Source of the DNA: Poseidonia sp.
GTDB taxonomy: Archaea > Thermoplasmatota > Poseidoniia > Poseidoniales > Poseidoniaceae
Direction of reading: 5' to 3'
Length of the DNA stretch: 64,000 nt
Assembly (NCBI GenBank): GCA_022426155.1
Contig: JAKMEE010000039.1
Coordinates: 24,516 to 88,515 of the forward strand
Of this stretch, positions 11,401-25,507 are shown piece after piece (the first letter of the stretch is position 1; each line of letters opens with the position of its first letter). The notes under the pieces are model-generated. The model searched no databases and was not told the DNA's origin. It saw only the letters and a program-made list of their open reading frames with translations. The translations under genes were made by a program, and so were the position numbers.

Positions 11401-11902
11401 CAGCAGTTGAGTGGATGTTTTGCCCAAATGCGACAGGACCATACATGTAGCCTGCTACTACGGCAGTTCCCCCCATGCCAACTGCAGTGTCCATCAGGAA
11501 GGAGACGCCCCCTTGAGAATGGTCTGCCCCAGTGAGATAATTCCAGGTCCCTGAATTAGAAATGGACGCTAGATAGAATTCATTCCCATTAGAGAATGGT
11601 GATGTTGCACTAATCTGATGACTTCCAAAATTCATGCTGCGATTGAAATCACCTGCGACATAGTAGCCCATATTGCTGGCTGAGATTGAATCGCCAAATT
11701 CGTTACCAGCAGATCCACCCCCTGCAGCCAGAAAAATGTCTGGAGAGCCCGCCCGACCTGAGGTTTGTGAGATGTTCGATTCTGATTCAAAGACCACGGG
11801 GCCATCATCCATACTTTGGAGCATGGGAGCCATCAGGCTCAACAAGAAGAAGACGACGAGGAATTGGGCTACGGCTGGTGCTTTCGCGAAGCGCATAAGC
11901 AA
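8453..11902 (-). CDS. giant secreted/surface protein: signal peptide, beta-propeller-like repeats, thrombospondin-type-3-like Ca-binding (DxDxDG) repeats, C-terminal TM anchor and Pro/Gln-rich cytoplasmic tail
   Basis: N-terminal 'FLVVFFLLSLMAPMLQS' signal. Repeated 'GDIYVAGTFSGETDFGG'-type blades. Dozens of 'DTDGDGWSD / DNDGVSDVNDNCP' motifs. 'IIVGGAGLLIFLAVGFFF' TM near the C-terminus followed by 'AQPAYAAQPVAQPNF…'. Confidence 0.8.
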   Translation of the reverse strand: MLMRFAKAPAVAQFLVVFFLLSLMAPMLQSMDDGPVVFESESNISQTSGRAGSPDIFLAAGGGSAGNEFGDSISASNMGYYVAGDFNRSMNFGSHQISATSPFSNGNEFYLASISNSGTWNYLTGADHSQGGVSFLMDTAVGMGGTAVVAGYMYGPVAFGQNIHSTAVLDGFIAVADVSGAWMWAHAFQTLANTSTDQSIPYAIAVDQMGDIYVAGTFSGETDFGGTIINVSNNEVFVAKLSGATGSLLWVVSGGGVGNQVVTDIEIDQAGSIHVSGITQTGLIFGNKGYSTVGTQDSFILKMDGNGGILALSGYGIVNNAVTISEIESDSNGDLYIGGSFEGTLAQGSWSITANQGQSDVFVAKVTGTSQWASTGGTNAADGLADMVINSKNEIMFSALIQGSFTAGSKAVTAGGTVDMVVGGLSTGGSWDWLLNSGSSDFVIPSSLAVNDSDMLAISGGFGSNSPPAQMNKGTTTINSLGGWDTFVWVTDPVFQKDADNDGVSDVNDNCPNTSNPAQGNTDGDSEGDACDSDDDNDGITDNSPDNCPRNGEFNWTSTQDFDNPANSSDWDRDGCKDSSEDDDMDNDGVDNNFDLCQRSSYSPPRPTWVSDAITDFDGDGCRDSDEDPDDDGDGFDDAEDDCPTTVGTSTLGETGCIDTDGDGWSDTFDDCPLQAGNSTLGGKNACPDSDGDGWSNDDDAFDMDPTQWADTDGDGYGDNTEGSNPDECPTQVGTSTLDRIGCLDSDGDGYSDPDEMWLLEDGADAFEDDLTQWSDFDEDGYGDNWANDTWTDRNPSWPGELRNDVVVQDACPTKEGDSWQNGTIGCPDADGDGWYDLHDAFPQDPTQWSDKDGDKFGDNASGVDADDCPDQNGTSMIDRKGCSDTDGDGVSDPSLEYSIADGADAFRDDPTQWADFDEDRYGDNPNGNEPDACPNAVRDGISSVDRYGCPDTDGDGISNPDSDWTLAQGADACETVRGNSTADRVGCLDTDGDGFSNADESWGISDGADAYPDDPTRWIKEASDEADSAEGTTAIIVGGAGLLIFLAVGFFFMRGRGGEGAEAEWAQQGPAVGMPDFSAQPAYAAQPVAQPNFQAQPVAQPAYVTQPVAQPVALPDPAQEYYAKLISQGYPPADAMNYTKQYYPHFQN

Positions 11903-11953
11903 GGGACATCGCTATGGGACATCAAGCCTTTGCTTGATTGTACGAACAGTTTC

Positions 11954-12274
11954 TCACTCAACGTTGCTGTCCAATGTGAGCAAATCACTGTCACCTGCTT
12001 CGATGACAGCAATTGTTGAAACCGAAAACGGCTTACCACAAGCGATTCCGAGTTCACGGTTCACCATGTTGCTTCGAAACATTGTCACTTCAGGGTGAGT
12101 TGCTCGAAGCTTTGTGGTATACGATTCAGGGCAATTTGCGGCAACAACCACAAGTTTGGCAGTTCCGTTATCGCACGAAGCGGTCGTTTGTCGTTGTCCA
12201 AACAACAGATTTCCTGTTGCGATTGCATTTTTCAATTGTCGGCTTAGATCCATATTTTTTCCTCCATTCTCCAC
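11954..12274 (-). CDS. rpl30e: ribosomal protein L30e
   Basis: 106 aa; 'LKNAIATGNLLFGQRQT…KLVVVAANCPE…LGIACGKPFSVSTIAVIEAGDSDL' matches the L30e/L7Ae fold; sits directly after rpoA'' as in the conserved archaeal RNAP cluster. Confidence 0.8.
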   Translation of the reverse strand: MENGGKNMDLSRQLKNAIATGNLLFGQRQTTASCDNGTAKLVVVAANCPESYTTKLRATHPEVTMFRSNMVNRELGIACGKPFSVSTIAVIEAGDSDLLTLDSNVE

Positions 12275-12297
12275 ATGTGTTTCTCATGGTTGGGAAT

Positions 12298-17029
<4,732 letters not shown>

Positions 17030-17033
<4 letters not shown>

Positions 17034-20000
17034 CTTCGGTCCTCCAGTTCAAGGCGCATGGCCACTCCTAAACTCTTCATTTCGTCTAGAAGTAACTTGA
17101 ATGCATACGAAGTCTGCACCTTGTAAACTTCAGCTCCATCTCCGTGGATGGGGCTTACGTATGTTCCCCGCTTGGGGTCATACCATGCAATGTGACCCGA
17201 TTGAGCACAGACGTACATGTCAATACCATCGGATTCATCGAGCAATCGGTCTTTAATGACCATTGAAGCACCGTGTGCAATCAAACAGTCACGTTCCATC
17301 TCACCAAATCGCAATCCACCTTGTCGGGCACGCCCTTCAGTTGGTTGGCGGGTCAAGATTTGAACACGTCCACGTGAGCGGGCGTGAATCTTTGACGACA
17401 CCAAGTGGTGCAATCGTTGGTAGAAGATACAGCCAACGAAGATGTCGGCCGGGTAGGACTCACCGGTTTCACCGTTGATCATGGTTTCACGACCGGAGTG
17501 GGCCAATCCATTACGGACAAGGCCGTCACGAAGGCTTGATTCCTTCTCTCCACGGAACGCTGTCCCGTCGATTCTTCGTCCTTCCATAGCGCCAACCTTG
17601 CCACCAATCATTTCCAGAACGTGGGCAACGGTCATTCGTGATGGAATGGCGTGAGGGTTGATGATGAGGTCAGGAACAATACCGTCTGCCGTAAATGGCA
17701 TGTCTTCTTGCTCCACCAAGCGTCCAATGACACCTTTTTGCCCGTGTCGAGAAGCAAACTTGTCCCCAACTTCGGGGACCTTATGGCTTCGAACCATGAC
17801 ACGAACCAAACGACCTGAATCAAGGGATTCAGTGACATAGACGTTGTCGACCCATCCTTTCTCTCCGTGGCGGACGAGCATGGATGATTCTCGACGCTCC
17901 TGAGCCATCAAGAACGCACCACCAGAGGTTTCTTCCAAGAACCTTGGAGGGCTGGTCTTGCCGACTAGGACGTTTCCACCAATCAGTTCGGTCTCTGGGA
18001 CGGGCAAACCGTCACTCTCGAGGTGAACATAGGCTTCAGGGGCTTTGAGTCCCTTGATTTCTTGCTTGGAGCTACCGGGCCTTTCGATTTCTTCAACTTG
18101 GCCACCAGGGAAACGGCGACGTTCTGCGTTGTAGGTGCGGTTGAAAGTTGAACGACCAAGGGCTCGGTCAATGGATCCCTTGTTCATTATGACAGCATCT
18201 TGCATGTTATATCCATGCAATGACATGATGGCCACGATGAAGTTCTGACCACCAGGGCGCTCGTCGAAGTTTGTGGTTTCCATAGCACGAGTGCGTGTGA
18301 TGGAGCGTTGTGAGTAATGGAGGATGTGAGCCCGTGTGTCGGGGCGCAGGCGGTAGTTGGCACTTGGCAGTCCAAGAGATTGCTTGACCATGGCAGTTCC
18401 TCCAGTAACACGAGGTGTGGAGTTGTGCTCAGGGTAAGGAATCAATGCAGCACACACACCGAGAACGAGTTGTGGGTCAATTTCGCAGTGAGTGTGTTCA
18501 TCGGTGTAGAGGAGCGGCACTTCAAATTCGGTGGTTTCCCACTTGCCGTTTGGCATGCGGACGTTTGCCTTAAGTTGGGCGTTGACGCCCTTCTGTCCAA
18601 GGTTAAGCCATTGAATATCCTCATTCTTGACAGTGCGGCCAGCAAGGCCAGCGGAGTCGCCTTCGGGGACGGTTTCAGGCAGAACGAACGGTCGTGGGGC
18701 GATGTAGAGGTCTTCTTCCTCTTCAGCATCGGTCCATTCGACGATTCCTTCAATCACCAAAGAACGGAAGTTCATTTCACCTGAACTGAGTTTGGCCAGA
18801 TGATCTTGAGTCAATCGTGGAACTCCATCGTAGAGGATGAGGAGCGGTCGTAGAATTCGTCCCTTGTCTGTGTTGATGAAGATGTCTTTGTTGTCAACAT
18901 CGTGACGGATGGAAACTTCCGATGGAATAGCACCGCGACGACGTGCAGACTTGAAGTGGGCAACCAAGTTTGTGCCCTTCTTGTGAATTCCATAGATGTC
19001 GCCGTTCACGTGGATACGGTCACCATCGGTCCAGTCATCAGGTTGGTAGACTTCCAATTCGTCGAGTTGTCGGCGGATTTCAATCTCGTCGATGTTCTCA
19101 GAGATGTCAATCATTTGAGCTGCGTTCTTCACAAGACCGCAGTTTTGGCCTTCAGGAGTCTCGTTGGGGCACAGACGTCCCCATTGGGTCGGGTGCAGGT
19201 CACGAGCTTCGAAGTGAGGTTGGCTTCGCACAAGAGGAGATGTGACACGGCGCATGTGGGACAGAGCGGCAAGATAGGTGGTCCGGTCAAGTAATTGACT
19301 GACACCAGAGCGCCCTCCGACCCAGTTTCCTGTCGCAAGTGCGTGCATGATCTTAGAGGTCAAAACGTCAGGACGAAGGCATGAGGTAATCTTCAACTCT
19401 CGCTTTCGGTTGTGGTGTCGCTCGAGTTGGTACTTGAGGTCACGGGCCAATTGTCCTGCAGATACACGGAAGAGGTCTTCAATCAAATCACCAGCAAGAC
19501 GAACTCGCTTGTTTGCGTAGTGGTCCTTGTCGTTGGGGTCTCGTCCTTCAATAGACATTTCCAACACTTGTCGGACAATTCTGCCGAGGTAGATGGCCTT
19601 CTTGTCACGGTCATCAGCTTGGTCACCCAAGTGAGGCAGCAATTCTCGGTCAAGCAGTTGATTGACACGGGCTTCACGGTACTCTTTTTGCTGGCCTGCA
19701 GCGAATTTCTTTTGGAGCCATTCGTGGCTTTCTTCTTTGTTTTCAACACCGTATTCTTCGTTGTCTTTGACTTCGTTGATGTTTGCGACGATGAACTTGA
19801 AAGAATCAGTGTTTCCAGCAATGGCTTGGAAGATTTGCTGATCGTTTTCGACGCCAAGTGCACGCATGAGCATGACGACTGGGATGGCGGTCGTTCCGGC
19901 AGTACTGATTTTCACCATGAGCATACCGTCTCGACGCTTTTCAACTGTGAGTGGTTTGCGCATACCGTCTTTCTGCGAGAAGATCTTCGCAACTTCAGTT

Positions 20001-20644
20001 TGTTTTGCGTATCGCTTGTTGATTTCAACAGTGACACGGTTTGGGGCCAAGTCTTCCATCGAGATGAGGACACGCTCGGTTCCGTTGATGATGAAATAGC
20101 CACCTGGGTCAAGAGGGTCTTCTCCTTTCTTGCGGAGTAATTCGAACCAAGTTTCCTTATCTTCGTCGGAGGTAGTCGGGTTGAGAACACGGTCGCCAGC
20201 GATGTGCTTGGGATGCAAGTTGCAGCGTTCGGAACGAACCATGATTGGCATTGAACCAACTTGGACACCCTTCTCGGTTGGGGAAGGGACGCCGTTGCGC
20301 TTGATGGTGAAATCCATGGTTACGGGTGACATGTAGGTGAGTTTACGCAAGCGGCACTGCATGGGGGTTGAATCGTTGAGTGCCCCGTTGGCTTCCTTGA
20401 CGATGGGCTTGCCAAGTTTGACATTCTTGAGGCGAATGACGATGTCTTGGTCAGCCACGTCGAGTTTGATGTAACCTCCTTCGTCGTCGTTGAAATCCTC
20501 ATCGGTACCAACACGAATGTTTCGAATGATTTTTTCCATACGGGAAATACTGCTCTCTGTTGCAGGGATGCAGTCGTCGTATGATGCGAGTTGATGGTTC
20601 ACGAGGCTACGTTCTTTGAAAAATGATTGAATAATTTCTTGCAT
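17030..20644 (-). CDS. rpoB: DNA-directed RNA polymerase subunit B (unsplit)
   Basis: 1204 aa; 'GEMERDCLIAHGA', 'KFASRHGQKGV' and a C-terminal Zn ribbon; a single ORF rather than the B'/B'' split. Confidence 0.95.
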
Positions 20645-20657
20645 GATGTTCCTCTCC

Positions 20658-21308
20658 TCAGTTCCCCTCTACAATTAGTCGGTATGCAATAGATTGACCC
20701 GCCGATGGGGATGGGCGGACTACCTTGAGTACCCTGTCTGCAATCCATCCAGCGGCCAATGGTTTGTGTTCTGGATCTGCTGCGAGTGTGGCCATGTCGG
20801 CGGATTCTGCGAATTCCTTGATGACTTGGACGACAGGGTCTGAAATGAGAATTTTTGGAAGTAATTCCTTGGCCAGGCGGGGTTCACCAGTTTCTGGGTC
20901 AGGTTGGACCATGTTCCAGCGTTCCAATTCTGCCAACTCGATTTCGAGTTGCGCTTCTTCAGAGATGTTGGGTTCGCCCACCAGCTCTTGGTGGGGGACC
21001 AAAATGTGGTTGAGGGCATTAAAGCGAGAAGTGATCTCGGGACGGTCGAAGTCATCAATGGCCTTCGAGCGAATGGTGATCTTCTTGCTCTTCTTTGCTG
21101 CACGTCGGCGGGAACCTTGTTCAGCGATAATGGCCATGGTGGCAACGAATTCTTCAGCGTCTTTGGAAATTCCAAGTGTAGAAGCGACTTCGTCTGAGGA
21201 CATGTTCTTGATGTCCGTCATGTTTCTGTCTGTGGCAAGTTTGTGGGCGAACGTATCCGATACACCCAGTTCCATCAAACGCTTTTTTGTTGCACTCTTA
21301 ACGACCAT
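20658..21308 (-). CDS. rpoH: RNA polymerase subunit H (Rpb5-like) with ~130-aa N-terminal extension
   Basis: C-terminus 'ILISDPVVQVIKEF…RVLKVVRPSPSAGQSIAYRLIVEGN' matches the RpoH/Rpb5 C-terminal domain and sits immediately upstream of rpoB. The N-terminal 65 aa ('[27 protein letters not shown]…') are paralogous to the rpoA'' N-terminus. Confidence 0.8.
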   Translation of the reverse strand: MVVKSATKKRLMELGVSDTFAHKLATDRNMTDIKNMSSDEVASTLGISKDAEEFVATMAIIAEQGSRRRAAKKSKKITIRSKAIDDFDRPEITSRFNALNHILVPHQELVGEPNISEEAQLEIELAELERWNMVQPDPETGEPRLAKELLPKILISDPVVQVIKEFAESADMATLAADPEHKPLAAGWIADRVLKVVRPSPSAGQSIAYRLIVEGN

Positions 21309-21359
21309 TCTCTTACACCCCGCGAATGCCCACCCACACGGGCCGGTAGCAGTGTCAGG

Positions 21360-21433
21360 CGGGCCTGACGGGGTTCGAACCCGCGACCATCGGATTAAAA
21401 GTCCGACGCTCTACCTGACTGAGCTACAGGCCC
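21360..21433 (-). tRNA. tRNA-Lys (anticodon UUU)
   Basis: Reverse complement folds as a cloverleaf: acceptor GGGCCTG/CAGGCCC, D-arm GCTC…GAGC, anticodon stem TCGGA/TCCGA with loop CTTTTAA (UUU), T-arm GCGGG-TTCGAAC-CCCGT, discriminator G; no encoded CCA. Confidence 0.9.
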
Positions 21434-21627
21434 AATGTAGCAACTTGGGCTTTTCGTCCGACCTTCAAGGTGTTCTTATACATTTCCGTCTTATCCTAAG
21501 CCGTAATCATCGTACAGTAGTTGATTTGCCAAACGAATAATTGATGGAAAAATACCGAAAGAAGGCCAAACAAGCCGAAAGAAGGTGGAACGAGGAGGGA
21601 TAGGCTCATTTCTCGGTCACTCCAGCC

Positions 21628-23109
21628 GTGTTCATGGTGGACCCCCCGACCTTCTCCGCCGAAGACGCCGAGGCCGAAGTTCAACGTATTGAGCGGACTG
21701 CAAAACGCGTCGTTTGGGATGGTCCAGCAGGAACCTCATTCACCATCGATGTTCCTCCCACAGTATACCCCCCTCGTCAAGACACATTTCTGCTGGCGGA
21801 TGCCCTTCGTCGTCTCGGACTTTCTCAAGGTTCGTCATGTCTGGAGATCGGTTGTGGGAGCGGTGCAGTTTCGTATTATGCAGCAAGTCTTGGGCTCCGC
21901 GTAACTTCATGCGATACCAATCCGTATGCGGTGGCTTGCACATCTCACCATGCTCAATTCATGGGGTACAACCTCCGCGTGAATGAAGGTGGGCCAGGCC
22001 CTCAATGCGATGGTTTGGATGCTCAATGGGGCGGCGATCAACATTATGACGTAGTGATGTGGAATCTTCCTTACTTACCCCCAGTAGTTGAAGGTGAGGC
22101 TACGCTGGGGCCGTTCGAGGAATCTGCTCTTTTGGACAATGATTCGATTGGGTTATATGTTCGGTTATTGAAAAGAATAGAATCAGGTGGTTTGCTAAAA
22201 CCCAAGGGAGTGGGTCTCTTTGTCGTCTCGGACCTCCGGGATGGGCAACAAGCACTCGAACAAGCATGGCATCATAATTTAGCGGCCCGTGAAATGTGTT
22301 CGCATGAATTTGAGAACGGGGAACTTCTCCGAGTTGTGGCCATCTGGAGGCCATTTGAAAATGTGGAACAATTTCATTTTGAAACAGTTGATAGTACCAA
22401 TGAACAATTACTTGGTCTTGAGACTGCTTTGGGAAGCAGGCTGACGGCCAGTGTTCAGAGTGAGGGGAGGGGGCGGAAAAATCGTTCCTGGGACTCTCAA
22501 CCTGGCGCTCTCGCAGCATCATGGGTGGTCGATGATGGAGGGGGAATCACCCATTCACCCATTCATCAGCTCTGGGTTGGATGGGCTTTGACACGGTTCT
22601 TTTCTCATGCATCTATGCCGAATCTTTGGAGACTAAAGTGGCCCAATGATGTATATTTGAGATCCTCTTCAAACACAGATTGGAAAAAATGTGGTGGCAT
22701 TCTCTTTGAGGGGAAGCACCAGGGGGTGAGTCGACGTGTGGTTCTTGGAATCGGCATGAATCTCGCTGCAATTGAGCACAATCAATATGGGTCCATCCAA
22801 GAGGTTTGTCCTTCCCTCGAACTTGAGAATGTATGCGGAGGTTTACACGCAATTATTGCGTCTTTATTTGAAATCAAAACAACTCCGCATATTCCAATTT
22901 TTGACCTCCCAATCGAGCATCTCAATGACGCCATTTCAGAAGGTGTGGCATCGCTAGGTCCACTACTCTATAGGGAATTGGGATGTGGCTTTATGTCGGC
23001 GCTCAACAACGGTTCGATATCGGTTCAACTTCACGATGGCGCCACGGTCAATGTTGATGAGCCAAACGATCTGTTTTGGTCAAACATCCAGGACAGCATC
23101 GAGGATTAA
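21628..23109 (+). CDS. birA: fusion protein: N-terminal class-I SAM methyltransferase (NLPY motif) + C-terminal biotin--[acetyl-CoA-carboxylase] ligase (BirA catalytic domain)
   Basis: N-terminus has 'LEIGCGSGAVS' (SAM motif I) and 'VMWNLPY' (NPPY-type N-methyltransferase motif IV). C-terminus has 'FETVDSTNEQL', 'GRGRKNRSW' (biotin-binding GRGRxGRxW) and 'KWPNDVYL…GGILFE' BirA signatures. Confidence 0.8.
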   Translation: MFMVDPPTFSAEDAEAEVQRIERTAKRVVWDGPAGTSFTIDVPPTVYPPRQDTFLLADALRRLGLSQGSSCLEIGCGSGAVSYYAASLGLRVTSCDTNPYAVACTSHHAQFMGYNLRVNEGGPGPQCDGLDAQWGGDQHYDVVMWNLPYLPPVVEGEATLGPFEESALLDNDSIGLYVRLLKRIESGGLLKPKGVGLFVVSDLRDGQQALEQAWHHNLAAREMCSHEFENGELLRVVAIWRPFENVEQFHFETVDSTNEQLLGLETALGSRLTASVQSEGRGRKNRSWDSQPGALAASWVVDDGGGITHSPIHQLWVGWALTRFFSHASMPNLWRLKWPNDVYLRSSSNTDWKKCGGILFEGKHQGVSRRVVLGIGMNLAAIEHNQYGSIQEVCPSLELENVCGGLHAIIASLFEIKTTPHIPIFDLPIEHLNDAISEGVASLGPLLYRELGCGFMSALNNGSISVQLHDGATVNVDEPNDLFWSNIQDSIED

Positions 23110-23586
23110 TTCGGTTTCTTCTTCCTCTTCGGATTCATCATGTTGATAGAGGCCGTAAGCCAAAAGGAGTGCGCCAACTGGGAATGCAATCATATCGATG
23201 TGATATTTCCGATCCACGCTCACATCAAGAGTCGCTGCGCTTCCTTTCGTGTCGATTTCATAGGTATAATAGCCACTTTCCGTGATTTCCCAACGAACTG
23301 GATGAGTCTGGCCAGCAATCATCACAACCGATTCTGAATCCAATATTTCGCCTTCACTATTCATCAAGATCAAGCGTAAAGTGGTATCGTTTTCAACAGT
23401 GATTGCAGCTTTGAAAGAATCTCCGCTCATCATCGTGGCCCCATTCTGGTAAGGAGGTTCATCTCCACCGACGGTGATCGGAACGACCCATGCGTGCATG
23501 AACAATGCCCCCAAGAGCAAGGTTGTTCCAGTGAGGATCAGCGCATCGCTCATCTTCATCTTCGGTGCTGCACCTCCACCGCCCAT
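23080..23586 (-). CDS. membrane protein (N- and C-terminal TM helices, acidic tail), unknown function
   Basis: ORF with 'ALILTGTTLLLGALFMHAWVVPI' and 'IAFPVGALLLAYGLY' helices; overlaps the 3' end of the BirA-fusion gene by 30 nt (convergent). The start is uncertain (M1/M10/M12). Confidence 0.45.
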   Translation of the reverse strand: MGGGGAAPKMKMSDALILTGTTLLLGALFMHAWVVPITVGGDEPPYQNGATMMSGDSFKAAITVENDTTLRLILMNSEGEILDSESVVMIAGQTHPVRWEITESGYYTYEIDTKGSAATLDVSVDRKYHIDMIAFPVGALLLAYGLYQHDESEEEEETELILDAVLDV

Positions 23587-23623
23587 GACATGGGCAAATG
23601 AACGAATATGATGAAGGTATGGC

Positions 23624-24025
23624 TCAACGTTTTCGCGTTGGCTTAGGCAAATGAAGGCGTTCTCTTACCAAACGAATCTTTCCACTGGTTGTGAGAGACA
23701 TGCATCCAATGTCTTCATAGGAGCGTTCGCGTGCTAGGAGGGCTCTGACTCCCTTAATCGTCTCCAACGGGACTTGGACGATGGCAAAACCACAGGAAGG
23801 TGGTGTTTCAATTGCTTCATCAGCCATTTTTGTTCTTGATTGTTCTGCTATGGATTCATTGCTGGAGTGGAACTCCATGAGACGGAAAGGGCGAGGTGTG
23901 TCCAGTGTATCCCCTAACTGGGAGAGGACTGAATCGAGCGACGAGCGAGTTTGATGTTCTGGTGATACCGCAAGACCAACCCACCTACGTTTGCCCCGCA
24001 GTGCCTTGGTCAACCGCTTCGCCAT
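23624..24025 (-). CDS. RNase P protein component Pop5 (Rpp14 family), probable
   Basis: 'LTKALRGKRRWVGLAVSPEH' resembles the conserved Pop5 N-terminus (LRxKxRYIxFxV). 'SLTTSGKIRLVRERL' resembles the Pop5 C-terminal 'TLGVSGTIKRLKRK'. The ATG at 24025 gives ~133 aa; the track ORF extends to 24109 with alternative ATGs at 24037/24052. Confidence 0.5.
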   Translation of the reverse strand: MAKRLTKALRGKRRWVGLAVSPEHQTRSSLDSVLSQLGDTLDTPRPFRLMEFHSSNESIAEQSRTKMADEAIETPPSCGFAIVQVPLETIKGVRALLARERSYEDIGCMSLTTSGKIRLVRERLHLPKPTRKR

Positions 24026-24109
24026 GGTGCTTCCCATGGGGACCTGCTTCATGACCTTTGAGCGTAAATTCTGCCATAGTATCAAAACGGTCGGAGGGGA
24101 GGGATTCAT

Positions 24110-25507
24110 GTGTCGGATGAGGTGGAAGTGATTGAACCTGCGGATTCAACGCCATCAGAAGGTCATGAACTTGATCACTTACAAGCCTCTGACCCGTCTC
24201 TCCGAGCATTGTTGAAGGTCTTGCTGAATATCAAAACCTTGCCTCATATCCTCCTCATCCTTACTCTTTCAACACCCTTGTACCTTCTCGCAAATAATGG
24301 TCAAAACGAGTTGAGTGCCTTCTGCTTCCTCTCACTTTCTCTTGGATACCTGACGACGGGCTTGTTCTCAAACAGTGCACGAGTGAAATCTTGGACTCAA
24401 TTGCCCGATATTCGAGATCCTGAGAACTCAACTTCACTGATTATTCGCGTTTTGAAAAGTTTCAGAATTTGTCTCTTCCCCCTCGGAATTTCACTGGGCT
24501 GGTTTGTGTTTTTACAAGTGCTATTCAATGAAGGTGGTCCAGCCGCTGAATTTTCTTCCCTTGTACCCTTTGTTTTGGGAACACTGTTTTTGTTTTGGGC
24601 CGTTATGCAGGGCCGAAGTTTCGCACGATGGTTAGCATCCGTTGCGGCTTACAAACTTCCGTCATCGCATACACGAGAAGGAGGTTTGGTCGGCAGCATG
24701 GTTGTGTTCTGTACCGTAATCTCCATCATCGCTACTGCTGGATTGGCCGTATTTGTCGCCCTGCACGGTGAACCACTGGGCGTTCTCTCATTGTTCACAG
24801 GTCATTTGGGTTACTTCCTCGGCGTGGGGGCGCTCTTGGCTTTGAGTCTGTGGTCGACGCGTCACGCAAGGGAGTTGGCAGGCAGCAAAGTGATGTTGCA
24901 TCGCTTTTCCAACCGCTGGCTCATGCTTTCTCAAATTATGATAACATGGCACTTTTTGACCGTTTGGCGTCACCGGGAATTAGACCCGAGTACACCTGAA
25001 CTACTCCTTGAAGAAGTGCTTCTCATGATGTCTACTGTGTTCATGGCAATCTGGGGGTTAACGTCCAAATCTTTCCGTTCAAGCCTGCGGTTGGTGCATG
25101 AGGGGAATGCACTCACCGTTGGTCTGTCATTTGGTTATGCTTACGCAGGAAGCGTCGCCATGCTTGCTACTGTATTCGATGATTTTGTCACCGTCATGGT
25201 CACGGGGCACATCGTTGTCATTCTCACGTTCCTTTGGATGCAACGAAAGGTGCTGAATGGGATCATCACAGACCACGATGCGACAGTCAAGGTGAATCGA
25301 ACAGTGGAATCCATTGCTCCTGCACCGGTCGCTGACGATGAAACAAAAGAGCCAGGTCCAGAAGAAGCCTCCGAGACCGAGCAAGAGGGAGTCGTAACCT
25401 CAAGTGTCGAAGTGGGTGCAATCGGCGAGGATGTTGACTGGGAGGGGGCCACCGAAGTTCTTGCAGAGGGTGTGGATTGGGACGATGAAATCGAACTTCT
25501 GGACTAA
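24110..25507 (+). CDS. polytopic membrane protein (465 aa) with acidic C-terminal tail, unknown function
   Basis: ~9 hydrophobic helices; C-terminal 'DDETKEPGPEEASETEQEG…DWDDEIELLD'. Divergent to the Pop5 gene. Confidence 0.55.
   Translation: MSDEVEVIEPADSTPSEGHELDHLQASDPSLRALLKVLLNIKTLPHILLILTLSTPLYLLANNGQNELSAFCFLSLSLGYLTTGLFSNSARVKSWTQLPDIRDPENSTSLIIRVLKSFRICLFPLGISLGWFVFLQVLFNEGGPAAEFSSLVPFVLGTLFLFWAVMQGRSFARWLASVAAYKLPSSHTREGGLVGSMVVFCTVISIIATAGLAVFVALHGEPLGVLSLFTGHLGYFLGVGALLALSLWSTRHARELAGSKVMLHRFSNRWLMLSQIMITWHFLTVWRHRELDPSTPELLLEEVLLMMSTVFMAIWGLTSKSFRSSLRLVHEGNALTVGLSFGYAYAGSVAMLATVFDDFVTVMVTGHIVVILTFLWMQRKVLNGIITDHDATVKVNRTVESIAPAPVADDETKEPGPEEASETEQEGVVTSSVEVGAIGEDVDWEGATEVLAEGVDWDDEIELLD

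Noticed and set aside
20725-21540. 271-aa + strand ORF spanning rpoH and the tRNA-Lys gene
   Set aside because: It overlaps a well-supported rpoH gene and runs through a tRNA on the opposite strand. Its translation is low-complexity Ser/Ala-rich.
21434-21627. Possible additional ncRNA between tRNA-Lys and the BirA-fusion gene
   Set aside because: The 194-nt spacer is AT-rich promoter-like sequence with no stable cloverleaf or conserved RNA motif. Most simply it is the divergent promoters for the tRNA and the + strand gene.
23624-24109. Full-length 161-aa reading of the Pop5-like ORF
   Set aside because: The conserved Pop5 N-terminus starts at M29 (MAKRLTKALRGKRRW…). The upstream 28 codons would make a protein longer than family members and would abut the divergent gene at 24110.
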